Positions 21,717 to 33,700 of a stretch of DNA of 64,000 bases are shown here, piece after piece. Under the pieces are notes generated by a model that saw only the letters and a list, made by a program, of their open reading frames with translations, did not search any database and was not told the origin of the DNA. The stretch comes from Lytechinus pictus (Eukaryota): NCBI RefSeq assembly GCF_037042905.1, contig NC_087251.1, forward strand, positions 43,154,001 through 43,218,000, given 5' to 3'. The translations under genes were made by a program, and so were the position numbers. Positions within the stretch are counted from its first letter, which is position 1; every line of letters begins with the position of its first letter.

Positions 21717-22887
21717 CTGCAAAATAAAAGGGGAAAACAGGTTTTAGGAACAAGAGAGAAAATAGGTTTTACGAACAAGAAGCTCACTCCAACATCATTG
21801 TAGAATCCGTCCTAGCCTTAAACAGTTTACATTGTGTAAACAAAGATATTTATGTGTGTAAAGAAGACAAATTAAAGCTTATCACAACAATGTCTAATCT
21901 TCCAAAACTGTATAATTATATATTAAGACTCTATAATTGCATACTGCTTAATAAATAATTGTACATATGAAACACTGATTCCAGTATGATAACTATGATA
22001 TGTAAATAATTAAGTTTTTTATTTGGTAGAGATAATAAATGATGAATCAGAATGAACCGTTGGGAAGTCATTGACCTGCGTATACCATGTGATTCATAGG
22101 TTTGACAAGTCAGATAAGCTCCAACATACAGAAAATGGAAGAGATTGGTGAAAAATATGGACGAGGAAATAAAAAAAGAGGAAGTTTACGGAACCTCGGG
22201 GGCAACAATCAATCAAAAGCCTCTCATCATAATGGAATCATAGTTATCCTACCGAAGATAAATAATGAAGATTCATAAATATGGCCATGAAACGAAGCCC
22301 CCACGTGTTGTTTATGAAGGGTACTCAGGCACGCGGGTGATGACTCCACCAGATGCATTGGGTAAAACCCCCCCGGGCCGTGAGGCTTTGGTCGCAGAGT
22401 GTAGGGGAGGATGCGATAGTGTCTGGTCATATCCATCATTGGCAAAACAAGCATGCTTTGTCTTGTAGCTTTACACGCATGCTAATGAATAGACTAGGTG
22501 TCAGGGGAGACGGTTACTAATCCCGACGCCCCAAGGGCTCATTCTCAGTCATCCTAACACCCATTTAAACACAGTGTCACACGCTTTACTAAATGCATCG
22601 ACAGAGAGGATTCGGTAGGACGGAAAGAAACCGAAAATATTTCAGATAATGCAGATTTTTGCATTGATTTTTTTTGTCACAGCTGTGAACACTTACATGT
22701 ATATGTCTTAAGCACCTTCACAGACATCACATGACTTTGCAGACAAAACAGAGGAGGTGATTAGTAATAAATGAATTAAAATACACTTATCTCTCAGTTT
22801 CGTAAGCTGCGTTTCTACTTGCAAACAAAATGAATTAATCAAGACGATGATCACAAGCATCTAAGACTACCACTTGTCTATATTTAA

Positions 22888-23094
22888 GTTCCATGACATT
22901 TGCTCCTGCCACATTTACTCTGCTATGAATTCCACACACTAATCTATTAAATGACTTCAACGCTGGATTTAACACTAAACCCTACCCCAAACCTAACCAT
23001 AAACCTAACATAAAACCCTAATGCAACCCTAACCCTACATCTTAGAAAAAATAAAGCCAGGAGCAACTGTCGCAGGAGATAATGTCGTGTCACC
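22888..23094. mobile_element. Short TIR element containing degenerate AACCCT/AACCTAA repeats
   Basis: TIR CATGACATTTGCTCCTGC / GCAGGAGATAATGTCGTG. Internal run aaaccctaccccaaacctaaccataaacctaac...accctaacccta. Confidence 0.6.
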
Positions 23095-23229
23095 TGTCTA
23101 GCATCCCCGGAGATGCAATAGCTTCGAAACATGTCTCAGTGAGATACATTACGTAGGAAACAACATGACACATAGAGAACATTAGAAAGGTTTATTCTAA
23201 TTTATTTTCAATATATTTCCACAGCTCAC

Positions 23230-23392
23230 CTTTGATTTCTTCTTCCTCATACGGTGTATCCTGGATGCATTTTGAATGGTACCTAGCGTCTCTGCATAGT
23301 TGTTAATAGCGGCGGAAGCGTGTGCGATCATCACCGTCCTACACGACAGACTTCCCATGGCCTCTCGCAACAGCCTCGTTAGCATGCTATCC
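23230..23392 (-). CDS. KIF26: KIF26-like motor exon ([25 protein letters not shown]...[13 protein letters not shown])
   Basis: Kinesin motor C-terminal motif (RxSxLTxLL). Acceptor tgtacag, donor AAG|gtgag, phases 2 to 0. Confidence 0.95.
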
Positions 23393-23487
23393 CTGTACAG
23401 AACAAATCAAACACAAACAACTTGACGGTTAAAGACCACTCTCTCAGACTTGGAGTGCATTTTAAAGGCATTGTGTTCGAATCAGTA

Positions 23488-24353
23488 GGGGAAGGCGGGG
23501 TAAGTTGTGACACTTTTTGCATTTTGCATGATAGAATTGATATGACTAATAATATTGTAGAAATTAGTACTTTGCCTTTAAATATGATTATTGGGAAATC
23601 TTTTTCACCTATAGGCCTATTCAACTTTCTACCCCCACACTGAAAGTCGTTGTGACCTTTGAAAAAAACGATGTCAAGTGGCACAACTTGCCCCATCTGT
23701 GGGGTAAGTTGTGCCACCTTCGAGGGTAAGTTGAGCCACAAAAACTATGTACAAAATGTATGCGGGAAGAACCAGCATGTCAATTTTTTATTTAAAGTCT
23801 TTTTACTTGCTAATTCTCTAAAAATACTAACATTCTCTAAAAGTAAAAGAACTGTCATGTGAATTTGCTCTTTTCTGCCTGCATATCGATGGCTTTTTAA
23901 GGTTTGATTGTGTTTTCATTTACATTACCATAAGAATTACCATGGCTCAACTTGCCCCATGTTTGCTGGCTCAACTTACCCCAGTCCGAACTTAATGCGA
24001 TAATTTCGCATCCACACATTTCTTATGTATCCATCATGTAAAAAACTGTGACAAGAATGAAGATCCATACCTGGACTGACAATGTTGTTCATATGCTTTA
24101 TTATATGTAAAGAAGTGTGTGTGTAAAAAAACACTTATCTATTTCACACCCTTTTTTACTTTTTTGGCTGAAATTTGTATTTTTCCCTCTAAAAAAGTAC
24201 TTTTTGTTTCAAAGTTGAAAACAATGTGGTGGGGTTAAAGGTTATGTAATGGGTCATCAATACATGACACCACCATAATGTCTAACTAATTCATTATTGG
24301 CCTGGGGGCGGTGGCTCAACTTGCCCCTATGCTCAACTTACCCCGCCTTCCCC
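23488..24353. mobile_element. 866-bp non-autonomous DNA transposon, TA-flanked (Tc1/mariner-type inferred)
   Basis: Perfect TIR GGGGAAGGCGGGGTAAGTTG / CAACTTACCCCGCCTTCCCC, TA at 23486-23487 and 24354-24355. Subterminal GGCTCAACTT(G/A)CCCC repeats. No transposase ORF. Confidence 0.85.
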
Positions 24354-24409
24354 TACTCTTCGTTATCACACTCTCAATCACGATTGAAACAAGAAGTTTT
24401 TATGACATG

Positions 24410-24545
24410 GGGGCATTTCATGAAGAGTTTTATCTGCGACATTCACTATCTAAGTTGCTCTCAGCCAATCAAATGAAAGGATTTCAGTAGCTTATAACAA
24501 TAATCAGTGAAAATTACTGACATTTTGTTTCATGAAATGCTCCCC
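24410..24545 (+). mobile_element. AGCCAATC-core MITE (copy 2)
   Basis: TIR GGGGCATTTCATGAA / TTCATGAAATGCTCCCC with the shared core. Confidence 0.8.
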
Positions 24546-25479
24546 ATGTTTATATATACCTTTAAAAAGTATTCTCAGTTTCAGGTGGAGATGATCCTTC
24601 CGGATGATTATATATAAAACAACAACCTTTTTTTTCCTAACTCGGATTGGTTTCTTTCAAGCATATTTCAAAATCAATGATTCATGTTTTACAAGTCATC
24701 ATCATTTTTTAAATGAATGGATGTATATAATGTAAATGATCTATGCAAAATGTCCAAGAAAACCAATTTTGAATGGCATGTTGAGTTATGTAATCATGGT
24801 AGTACCGTTGATGGTAAAATGAACATTAGAATTTTGTGAAACATGGTCTTCCTTTCGTAATAAAACATTAGACCAAAGACAAACAATTGTTTGATTAATA
24901 TACATGTATTCCTCGAATCATACAATTATGTATCTAGAATGTTCTAAACATAGAAATGTCAAGGTGGAAGAGTAATTCCTTGTCAATTCTGCTCCTTTTT
25001 TAAAACCTTAGCTCTATAATAAGTGTACATGTAAATGTCAAGAACAATCAAACAAAATCCTTTTTATTCTTGAACTAAACATTTTACAGGAGGTTGCTAA
25101 CCTAGAGTACTCAACAGCAAAAAATTAATGACTCTCACAACATTCTTTCATATAGTTGACATAGCAGATTACAACAAGCACGTCGTCGGGGGAACCCACC
25201 ACACCCCATTATGAATTCTATTCAATAGCAGGCCATTGATATGTCATTACACTTCACACATTTCAAATGACTTCAAATTTAAGTCATATAGACTGAAATA
25301 ACCACATATATCATTCATTGTAAGTAAAGGAGCTTAGAACTAATAAGATCATCACATGTGATTTAAGAATAAGGGGCGGCAGGCATCAAAGAGAAATCAA
25401 TGTGGTTTTGTGATTAATAGTGCTCTAAAAGTTACATTCAGCAAATGGGCAATCATTATGCATATAGACACTCAACAAA

Positions 25480-25795
25480 TGTTCCCTAGCAGCACCAAAT
25501 ATAAAGTGAGAAATTTAAAGTACAATTTTGCAGAATGCAATCCATTTTTATTTTCATGAATTTAAAAAATCTTAGAATCTGTCCAATTAAATTTCATACA
25601 AAGAAGACAAGACACAATGTTAAGTTAAATTTCAACAGCAATTTCATTTTTTTTAAGACACACAATGAATGTTCCTTAGCAGCAACAAATATAAAGTGGG
25701 ATATTGCAAGTACAATTTTACGGAATACATTAATTTCATGAATTTAAAAAAACTTAGATTCAGCACAATTCTGTACAAAAAAAACCACACAATTT
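25480..25795. repeat. Degenerate ~190-bp local duplication
   Basis: GTTCC.TAGCAGCA.CAAATATAAAGTG...TTTCATGAATTTAAAAAA occurs at ~25481 and ~25671. Confidence 0.7.
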
Positions 25796-26266
25796 CAAAC
25801 CTAACTAATTTCAACAACGGATTTTTTCTATTAATAAACTGTGTATCATGTGATTCAGTGGATTTCAAACAAATACATGGATGTGGGTCATGTAGAGACA
25901 GAACATAGACAGCTTTGATATCATAAAAGTAGGCCAGAGATCTTATATTCTTCAAAAAAGCCAATTGGTTTACAGTGCGTGTCTGGAGGCGAGGATTAAC
26001 ATTTATTACATTCAAGTATTTCTTAATTGCTAATAAAAGTCTTCCTCCTACTATCCCACGGAACCATGTGAAATCCAATTGGGCCTGGTCTGAGGAGATT
26101 CAGATTTTGATTTATACAAATAGGTCTTGACCTATATAAGAAAAGAGAACATTAATCTCCATCCTGCTTCAAGATTTTGGAAATTTATTGAAAGAAAAAT
26201 AGAAAAAAGAGAGAACTAGCAAAGAAAAGTCAAAGAAATGCATAAGTAAGCGCACTCCATATACAC

Positions 26267-26373
26267 CAGTCAAACCTGCTTTAGAAATTAACTTCATAGA
26301 AGGACCATTCTTGTTTCCCTTGACGGTTGGGTTATGTACTAAAGGACCTGTGTATAAAGAACAGGTTTGACTG
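26267..26373. mobile_element. pogo/Tigger-like MITE
   Basis: TIR CAGTCAAACCTG / CAGGTTTGACTG. Confidence 0.6.
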
Positions 26374-26466
26374 CATGTAGAATCAGAAATTCCATTGTCT
26401 GAACTGAAATAGCCTACTTCATAGTTCCCATATCAAGATTTAGAATAATTCCTTGGACATGCTTAC

Positions 26467-26704
26467 CTATTGGGTATGTGCTTCTGCCCGTTCAAGACTG
26501 CTAGTATGACGTTACCGAGGGCCGAGAATGACAGTGCAGCGCCGTTAGCCGCTCTACCCCCTCCCCGATCACCACTCCCAAGGTCTATAAGATGAAGACG
26601 ACTCCGCCCACCGATCACTCCACCCTTGCCTGACTTGTCAATGCGATACTGGTAGACGTGAAGCGTGAAGAGCATATGAGAGTATCTTCCGTCATGTGCC
26701 TCCT
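26467..26704 (-). CDS. KIF26: KIF26-like motor exon ([21 protein letters not shown]...[12 protein letters not shown]...[19 protein letters not shown])
   Basis: Kinesin-11 signature [12 protein letters not shown] and [13 protein letters not shown]. Acceptor ttttccag, donor AG|gtaag, phases 1 to 2. Confidence 0.96.
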
Positions 26705-26898
26705 CTGGAAAAGGAAGGATTTCATTATTAATAACATTTAAGAATTTTTTTTTCGATATTGTCAATTCTAATTCACTTCAAGCGATAAATATGAAAAGTC
26801 TCACTTTCAATAGGATAATTCATGACAAGACTGGATTATCTAAAAAGATTTACCCATGAACTCTGTGATTCCAATAGGTTTTGTGCAAGTATCACCTG

Positions 26899-27028
26899 GG
26901 GCCCGTAACACAAAACTTAGCAATGATCGTAGAACATTTTTTCTACGATTGATTCCATTGACTACAATGTACAATCAATCGTGAAAATTAAGCGTACGAT
27001 CAATCGCTAACCTTTGTGTTACGGGACC
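26899..27028. mobile_element. Harbinger-like MITE with CTG target-site duplication
   Basis: TIR GGGCCCGTAACACAAA / TTTGTGTTACGGGACC. CTG at 26896-26898 and 27029-27031. Confidence 0.8.
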
Positions 27029-27060
27029 CTGGTCTTAGCAGACTTTGTACAAGGGTCACT

Positions 27061-27208
27061 AGGTGCATTTTTCTTATGAAAACTGTTCGTAAGTTATAAG
27101 TGAATTTATGAACAACTGATGTTCCTATTGATTAAGCTCCTAAGGAAGAATCACCAGTGCTTCGTAGAGCAGCTCGTAAGTCATGAACAACTTTATGAAA
27201 CACTCACC
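27061..27208. mobile_element. Degenerate MITE
   Basis: Imperfect inverted arms (ggtg...tatgaaaactgttcgtaagtta / tcgtaagtcatgaacaactttatgaaacactcacc). Confidence 0.45.
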
Positions 27209-27370
27209 ACGTTCCAGAATGCAAAGACTAAAGCAATCTTGTTTTCTTGACCATCTCTCTCCAACAATACAAATTTGCTATGAAATCAGCTTGGAAAGTT
27301 TTCATATAATCTGACAAAACAAAAAGCTCTTAAGTAAAGAAGCAAGACCAGATAGTCTTTGAGAACTCAC

Positions 27371-27535
27371 CATTCTTTCCTTTAGTGAGTCTAGTAGCAA
27401 TAGCAGCATCAAGGTAGAACGCTGCCTTCTCTGCGGTGGGTGCCCTGAGCTCGTTCTGATTCAGAAGCTGCACCCCACAGATGGGATCCTCCTGGAGATA
27501 GAGGGCCGGTGATGTGCCGCACCCATTATTACTCC
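27371..27535 (-). CDS. KIF26: KIF26-like motor exon ([49 protein letters not shown]...)
   Basis: Not in the ORF track. Read manually, it matches KIF26 [30 protein letters not shown]. Acceptor ttgtag, donor G|gtgag, phases 1 to 1. Confidence 0.95.
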
Positions 27536-28101
27536 CTACAACAAAGCAAACAGGATGATAATGAATGAGTGACGTGATTCTTTACAGATATCAATTAGAT
27601 TTCTCAATAATAAATCACAAAAATCCTCATGCATTCTGCATTCGCCGTGAGGCTTGTGATATGTGGGTGAATCCGGATGGGAATCGCACATACAGTTTGG
27701 GAAATAATCATTAGACCACTAATCTCTCATACAGTATGATCTGATAATCATTTCCCAAGCTGAATAATATGGTGATATCTTGTTTCCAGTATTTAATAAA
27801 TCTAAAATCTTAACAATTCTTCATTTGCTTTATATGAAAATGACAACAATGATATTGATGATGATGATGATGATAACTCAACATTTATTAGTATAAATAT
27901 TCCCTCGTAGAGGACCTTAAGCAGCCAATCTTCTGGTTGCTTAGTTAACAAGTATTAATATTTTCATAGAGTCGGGTAAATTATGAATTAACTCTTAACA
28001 ACAATCATAACCATTCTTCATTTGCTTGAATAGAAATACATTCTTCATTTGCTTAATGGAAATAAGAGCGACAACGACAACGATGATGATTGCTAACTCA
28101 C

Positions 28102-28299
28102 CATTTGCTTGTTCGATCAGAAGATCTCTGAGATTCTCTTGCTTCCCATAAACCTCCACAGCGGAGACACGAACTGAGAACCTTGTGCTTGTCTTTTCTT
28201 TCTTTTCGTTGATTAGTTTGAAGAGCCATGCTATGGCACATGGAATCACACCTATTCCTTGGACAGATTCATCCGAACCAATCATGGTATATGTCTTGC
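28102..28299 (-). CDS. KIF26: KIF26-like motor exon (GKTYTMIG...[14 protein letters not shown]...[11 protein letters not shown]...LRDLL)
   Basis: Second half of the P-loop (GKTYTM). Acceptor caatcag, donor G|gtgag, phases 1 to 1. Confidence 0.96.
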
Positions 28300-28411
28300 C
28301 TGATTGGGGGATAAAAAAAGAGATAAAACCTAAGTGGTGTCAAAGAAAATGGTCCCAGTGTAACATAGACTAAAAATTTGGGATTAGAATGATTTTACAT
28401 ATGCTGAGAGT

Positions 28412-28452
28412 CATGATGGTGGTAGGGAGGAAGATGATGAAGATGATGATAG

Positions 28453-28483
<31 letters not shown>

Positions 28484-28686
28484 AATGATGAAGAGATAAT
28501 GATGATGGTGATGATGAAGATGATGATGATGATGATGATGATAATGATGATGATGATGATTCTGATTGGTGATGATGATGATGGTGATGATGATGATAAT
28601 GATGATAGTGATGATGATGATAGTGATGATGATGAAAGTGATGATGATGATGATGATGATAGTGATGATGATGATATGGTGATGAT
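28412..28686. repeat. Imperfect (GAT)n microsatellite, ~275 bp
   Basis: Direct inspection. It generates the spurious poly-I/S/H/M/D ORFs in the track. Confidence 0.97.
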
Positions 28687-30120
28687 TAGAGATAGACAAC
28701 TTGCTATTTTTAAACTTAAAAAAATATGTAATAGGGTCATAAAATCAAGTAAGAGATATTAATTTTACAGTAGTTCCCCTCCATGAGGGCAAGAACAGTT
28801 TCAACTATCATCGCATCAATCGTATATTGAACTTCCGGGAGAGAAATGGAAGTTTATTGATTGTATAGTGTGCTTCTAAGCTAAACTTTTCACATACTTA
28901 AAATAAATATTATTCCACCAGACAATATCTGTTATAAGTTCTATTCATATATATGACAAACACAATTGTTCTATTATTCAAACCAACAGCAAAAGATCCT
29001 ACTGAGAATTAACCGTCTATTTTGACAGATTTCGCACCGTGCCAGATCATCGATTGGTCACGGTCTGATATTCGTCTGGTGAACAAATTCTCTGGTATTC
29101 CCTTCACGAATCATGTTGACAAGATATACCAACTGAATCAATCTCCTTTCTCTTCAAGCGGGGTTGGCACACAAAGCCAAGAATACATTAATTAGGCATT
29201 AAATGTTGAGGTCTGATCATTCTTAGAGATTAGGCCTGATTCAGCGTGACATTTGGAGCAAGAAATGCAACCTTCCGTGAGACAAGGGGATGACACGGTT
29301 TGTGTCACTGCCGCAATTTGGGCTTTTGTGGGCGGGGTCGCGCTTGGCTGGGCTACGAATGTGGTTAAGCAAATAAGATACCCCTACAACAGAAAGAAAA
29401 TCAATATGTAATTGGTACGTCATGTCTGGCGGTCAAAATAAGGACATACATGGTCAATACTCCCTTGTCAACATATCCTGTTTCGTACAAGGCCAAATAA
29501 ATTCCTCTTACCCCAGAATGCTATTCGAACACTGTAATGAAATTAATGAAATTTCAAATTCCAGTTCTTTTTACTGGATATGTACATTTCTATACGACAA
29601 TAAAGTATTTAAGGTGAAATATTTGTTTTTGCTTTGTAAAGTGTAATATATTGGTGAAAAGGACAGAGAACTTGCCTTGTTAGAAGTAGTTCTGATTTAA
29701 ATTGACAATATCTGAAACCACCTAGTATACAGTGCACAGGAATTGCCCTACTATCGGGAAGGATTAATATGCCGGTGGATATTTTGATATTACTCAATTT
29801 TGATGATTCATTTGCATGAATAAAATAAATTCTGGCTAAATTGATTTATGTCATGTTTCGAGGGGAAAAAAGAAACTTGTTGCTTGGGCTGGGCACAGGT
29901 TGGAGTAATTCCCGAGCTGGAATTTTTTGAAGATCGATTGAGGATTAAGAGTATGGCTCTAGGTGACCGATCAGCTATGGAGCTGGCGGTCGTGCATGGC
30001 ATCCCAAAGGATGCCGGCGGGTATACAGACGTAGGTTGGATGATAAAAGAGCTATTTTAAGGGGATAAAAGGCTGACGGGGGAGATACCTGGGGGTCTTG
30101 AAGGGGGGTTATATACTCAC

Positions 30121-30214
30121 CCAAATGGGCATGACCATAGCAAAAGAGACAACCATCCGCTCCATTGACTACAGCCTGAACAGTATCGGCCACACTGCCT
30201 GCACACACCTCAGC
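30121..30214 (-). CDS. KIF26: KIF26-like motor exon ([32 protein letters not shown])
   Basis: First half of the P-loop. Acceptor tacctag, donor G|gtgag, phases 0 to 1. Confidence 0.95.
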
Positions 30215-31085
30215 CTAGGTAGACAAAGCAAAAGAGAAAGAAAAAAAAACCCAATCCAATTAGAACACAAGACGGAATGATTGTATCAGAGTACACAATA
30301 GAATGAGTCAAAGGAGTGGATAAATGCCAAGGAAAACACCTCGTAATCATATACAAGCGTTGAAAAATGACATTTGGAAAACACCTCGAATCGAAGAGTC
30401 ATAGAAATCACTTCATCCATTCTGCAATAACAATTTTAGAGATTTTCAGATTTGATTGCAGATCTTAAATGAACTTGATAATTCTATGGCTAATTTTATC
30501 TTATCAGTTCATCCAATGAAACTAATTTTTGCTCTAAAACTGAATTTGTTGATTACCTTTTTAAATTTCATTTTGAAATCATACAAGGAATGAAAAATGC
30601 TGTAAAAACATATGGAGAAAATCTTTTTGTTACAATTTTATCTGATATACAATATCAAACTCAAGTTAAAACATGCAATGGTGTTTATAGCTGTACTGTT
30701 ATTTCATAAATTTCCAGATTTTCTGGGTTATTTCCCCAACTCGATACAATTTCCCTATATAAAAACTGTTGGCAATGCATGATCTCAGACGCGCTATTCC
30801 ATTGTCTAAACAACGATTAGTTGGCAAATTCCTTAGCAGTCACGAAATCAATGTTATACATTCTCCATTTTTACATGCCACTGCCCTTCCTGATCAATCT
30901 TTTGTTCACTACTCGAGTGGAAAACAATAAGGATTGCTAACGACCAATTTATGATTGTTCTACAGATGAGGACTTCTTAACCACCATGACGAGTCCTTCA
31001 AGGAACACTTGGGATATGAAAGACATTCCAGACAGAGTCAAGCAAATGATCAGGACACCTGTCTTCCTGTCTAGAGTATTCAGTG

Positions 31086-31196
31086 ATGCCAGTCATACCC
31101 ACGAAACCGACTCCAGACCGACCAAAATTAATACGTTATTTTCAATGAGATATCATTGGTCGGTTTGGATCAGTGTTGCTGATATGACTGAGGCAT
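31086..31196. repeat. ~110-bp foldback (palindromic MITE-like)
   Basis: Outer arms ATGCCAGTCATA / TATGACTGAGGCAT, inner arms TCCAGACCGACCAA / TTGGTCGGTTTGGA. Confidence 0.6.
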
Positions 31197-32440
31197 AAGG
31201 AAGACCGACTCTACAAAATGCTAGTGTATTACATTATGATCATGTAGTCAAAAGAAAACCAGACACTTTCAAAGTTCCAAACTTTTCAACGTCAGATAAC
31301 CTGCCTTCATCCGCTGTTTCATATCGGCCCTGAACTGATTATTCTTATTACTATCATTAATCGACAATGTCCATTTACCGGCATAATTTTCTTCAAAATT
31401 TCGCAGCAGTCTATTGCTTTGTGGGGAATCCCCCTTAAAAAGCCCCAAAGCAGACATAAGAGAAAAGAGGACCATTCTTGTCAAAAGTAAATTAATAACT
31501 GCTGCATCGCTAATTCTCTATTTCTGGCCCATTCAGAAACATTCCAGGAACTCTAAAAAAACAATAGATGTGACTTTGTTAGTGGTTAAACAGTGAGATG
31601 CATGATTGCTTAGTGTATTGCTGGGCTGTATTTCATCGCTCATTGTGCTAAAACCCAACACCATAAATGCATATTATTCTCAGGGTAAACCCTCATACAT
31701 CAATATTTTTGCCAATTAACTACCAACCCTCCTGTTTTCATAAACCTCTTCATAATCTTTGAATGCAGATGTGAAGGAAACTACTGGTACTTGCCATTTT
31801 AAAAAGTAGAAATACTTGTCGATTACATCACAATAAAACTAACAAGACACTGTAAATTGCCTATCAAATATAAAAGTAAAAACTTGCTCTTTTATTCATC
31901 CCTGTGAAATGTCTTAAAATGAATGAAATTAAATTTGATTTGAATTATTAACTTTAAAATCAAGCTTATTATACAATACTTTAAAAAAAATCCTCCTTCA
32001 CTCTAATTCCATGCAAATATAGACACCCATATTAACTTGCTGCAATTACAAATCGGGTTAAGTATAGCAAGGGTGCATTAAATTCCTTTGGTTTCTGCAT
32101 TTACGTCACTAGAGACGGCTTTGTAGCCTTGAAAACATTTTTCAATTATCATACACTTATCAAAGGTTTAATAGGAGGTCAAATGGAAGAAAAAGCATAC
32201 ATATCAAAAGGTCATGTAATTAAAATAACTTCCCACTTTCTATTCAAAATTCTCAACAATTATTCACAGTTTGCTTTGTTTATTTATACACACAATTAAA
32301 AGAGGAATGTTCGCTAGCCAGAAAACCTATGTTTGACATTGTGGTTAACTAAACAAAGAGCTCATCCGCATGATAATTGTAGAATTAAATATGATTGAAT
32401 TTTATTGAGCTTTTGATGTGTTAAATCAAAATTCTATTCT

Positions 32441-32553
32441 GTGTTCTATTTCATGAAGACTTGTTATTATAAACAAATGCACTAATTCTACAACAATTTG
32501 ACAATTAGCCAATCAGTCAATTTGTTATTTTAACAAGTTTTATGAAACAGGCA
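32441..32553 (+). mobile_element. AGCCAATC-core MITE (copy 3, internally shortened)
   Basis: tttcatgaagacttgtta...tagccaatcag...taacaagttttatgaaac. Confidence 0.55.
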
Positions 32554-33196
32554 ACTGTTTAGCGAATCAACTTGGAGGAAAAAATAAACATTAACTTAAC
32601 AACACATACACTAGCCTAGCATACACACAAAATAGCAGCAAAATACCACAAATTTAAAATCAAATAATTTATTATATTCAGGGTTTTTTTTTATTCATCT
32701 GATTTTAGATGAAAAAACTTTAATTTTCTAATTTTTCACCAAACATTGTTCATCTATCACTCCAACTGTTTCAACTTTTAACAAAATGCATCATATTCTA
32801 AAAAAGGTGAAGTTTTCCTTGAGTAGCACTGCTGTTAGGTTTGTGATTTCCTTTTTGGAAAATAATTGGATCATACCAAGCTATAATCACCAAGATTCTA
32901 ATCACCGGTGTATAAATGGGAGGGGGGGGGGGCACGAGAGGACACTGGATCTCCAAGAAGTTTCACAACCTCCCCCCCCCATCCCAAAGAAAAGAGAGAT
33001 AAGGAAAGGAAACAAAAGGATAAAGGGTGCAAAATCATATCATTTTCTGAATATGACAAAATCTATCACTGTATTAGATTTTCAATCTAAAAAGTTCAAA
33101 ATTTTCACTCTTGCTTCGCTCGCAGCTATTTATAAATTTTGCCCCATCCGCCATGTTGGGGCCCCATTACGCTACCCATTCCAAAGGACAACATAC

Positions 33197-33400
33197 CTGT
33201 GATGCATCCTGGGGAAAGACGGCATCAAAGGCAAACATCTTGGGGGCAGCCACACCGGCCCTTCGACCCGCTGTAGATACATGACCGGTCAGGAAGGATG
33301 GGTCGAAGAGTGTGACTTGCTTCTTCTTGGTGTCCACTGTGACAAAGGTAGCCGTATCACTGGGGGTGCTGGATGGTATCACTCGGAGCATCACCTTTAC
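33197..33400 (-). CDS. KIF26: KIF26-like motor start exon (VKVMLRV...[10 protein letters not shown]...[18 protein letters not shown])
   Basis: Kinesin beta-1 strand VKVMLR and the KIF26 motif [16 protein letters not shown]. Acceptor cttttag, donor CAG|gtatgt, phases 0 to 0. Confidence 0.96.
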
Positions 33401-33700
33401 CTAAAAGGTGCACATGAAAAAAAGAAGATAAAAGGGGAAACTTTAACTTCTAAGCTCTATTAACATGAAATTTGAATCAAATGTTGAGGAAAATTGTATC
33501 TAACTTGTGCAATTATTTCACCTTTACCTTATAGGTGCGCATGAATATTAAAATCTCATCAAAGATTTAGAAAACTGCACAAATATTGAAGTCTCATCAA
33601 AGATTGAGGAAAAAACTATCTTTTCGAAAGCAAATCTTTCCTCTTTCCCCAAAAGGCACACATAAATACGATAAAAGGGGATTTAACTTCTAAAATGCAC
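33391..33700. repeat. Degenerate ~125-bp tandem duplication that includes the exon splice acceptor
   Basis: TCACCTTTACCT..AGGTGC.CATGAA at 33391 and 33518, with a third degenerate copy near 33638. GATAAAAGGGG..TTAACTTCTAA is also repeated. Confidence 0.75.

Noticed and set aside
18000..21747. Plus-strand and alternate-frame ORFs (e.g. 20398-20892, 20914-21549) overlapping the giant exon
   Set aside because: Antisense or frame shadows of the KIF26 coding exon, with no independent motifs.
28370..28762. Poly-Ile/His/Ser/Met/Asp ORFs
   Set aside because: Translations of the (GAT)n microsatellite inside an intron.
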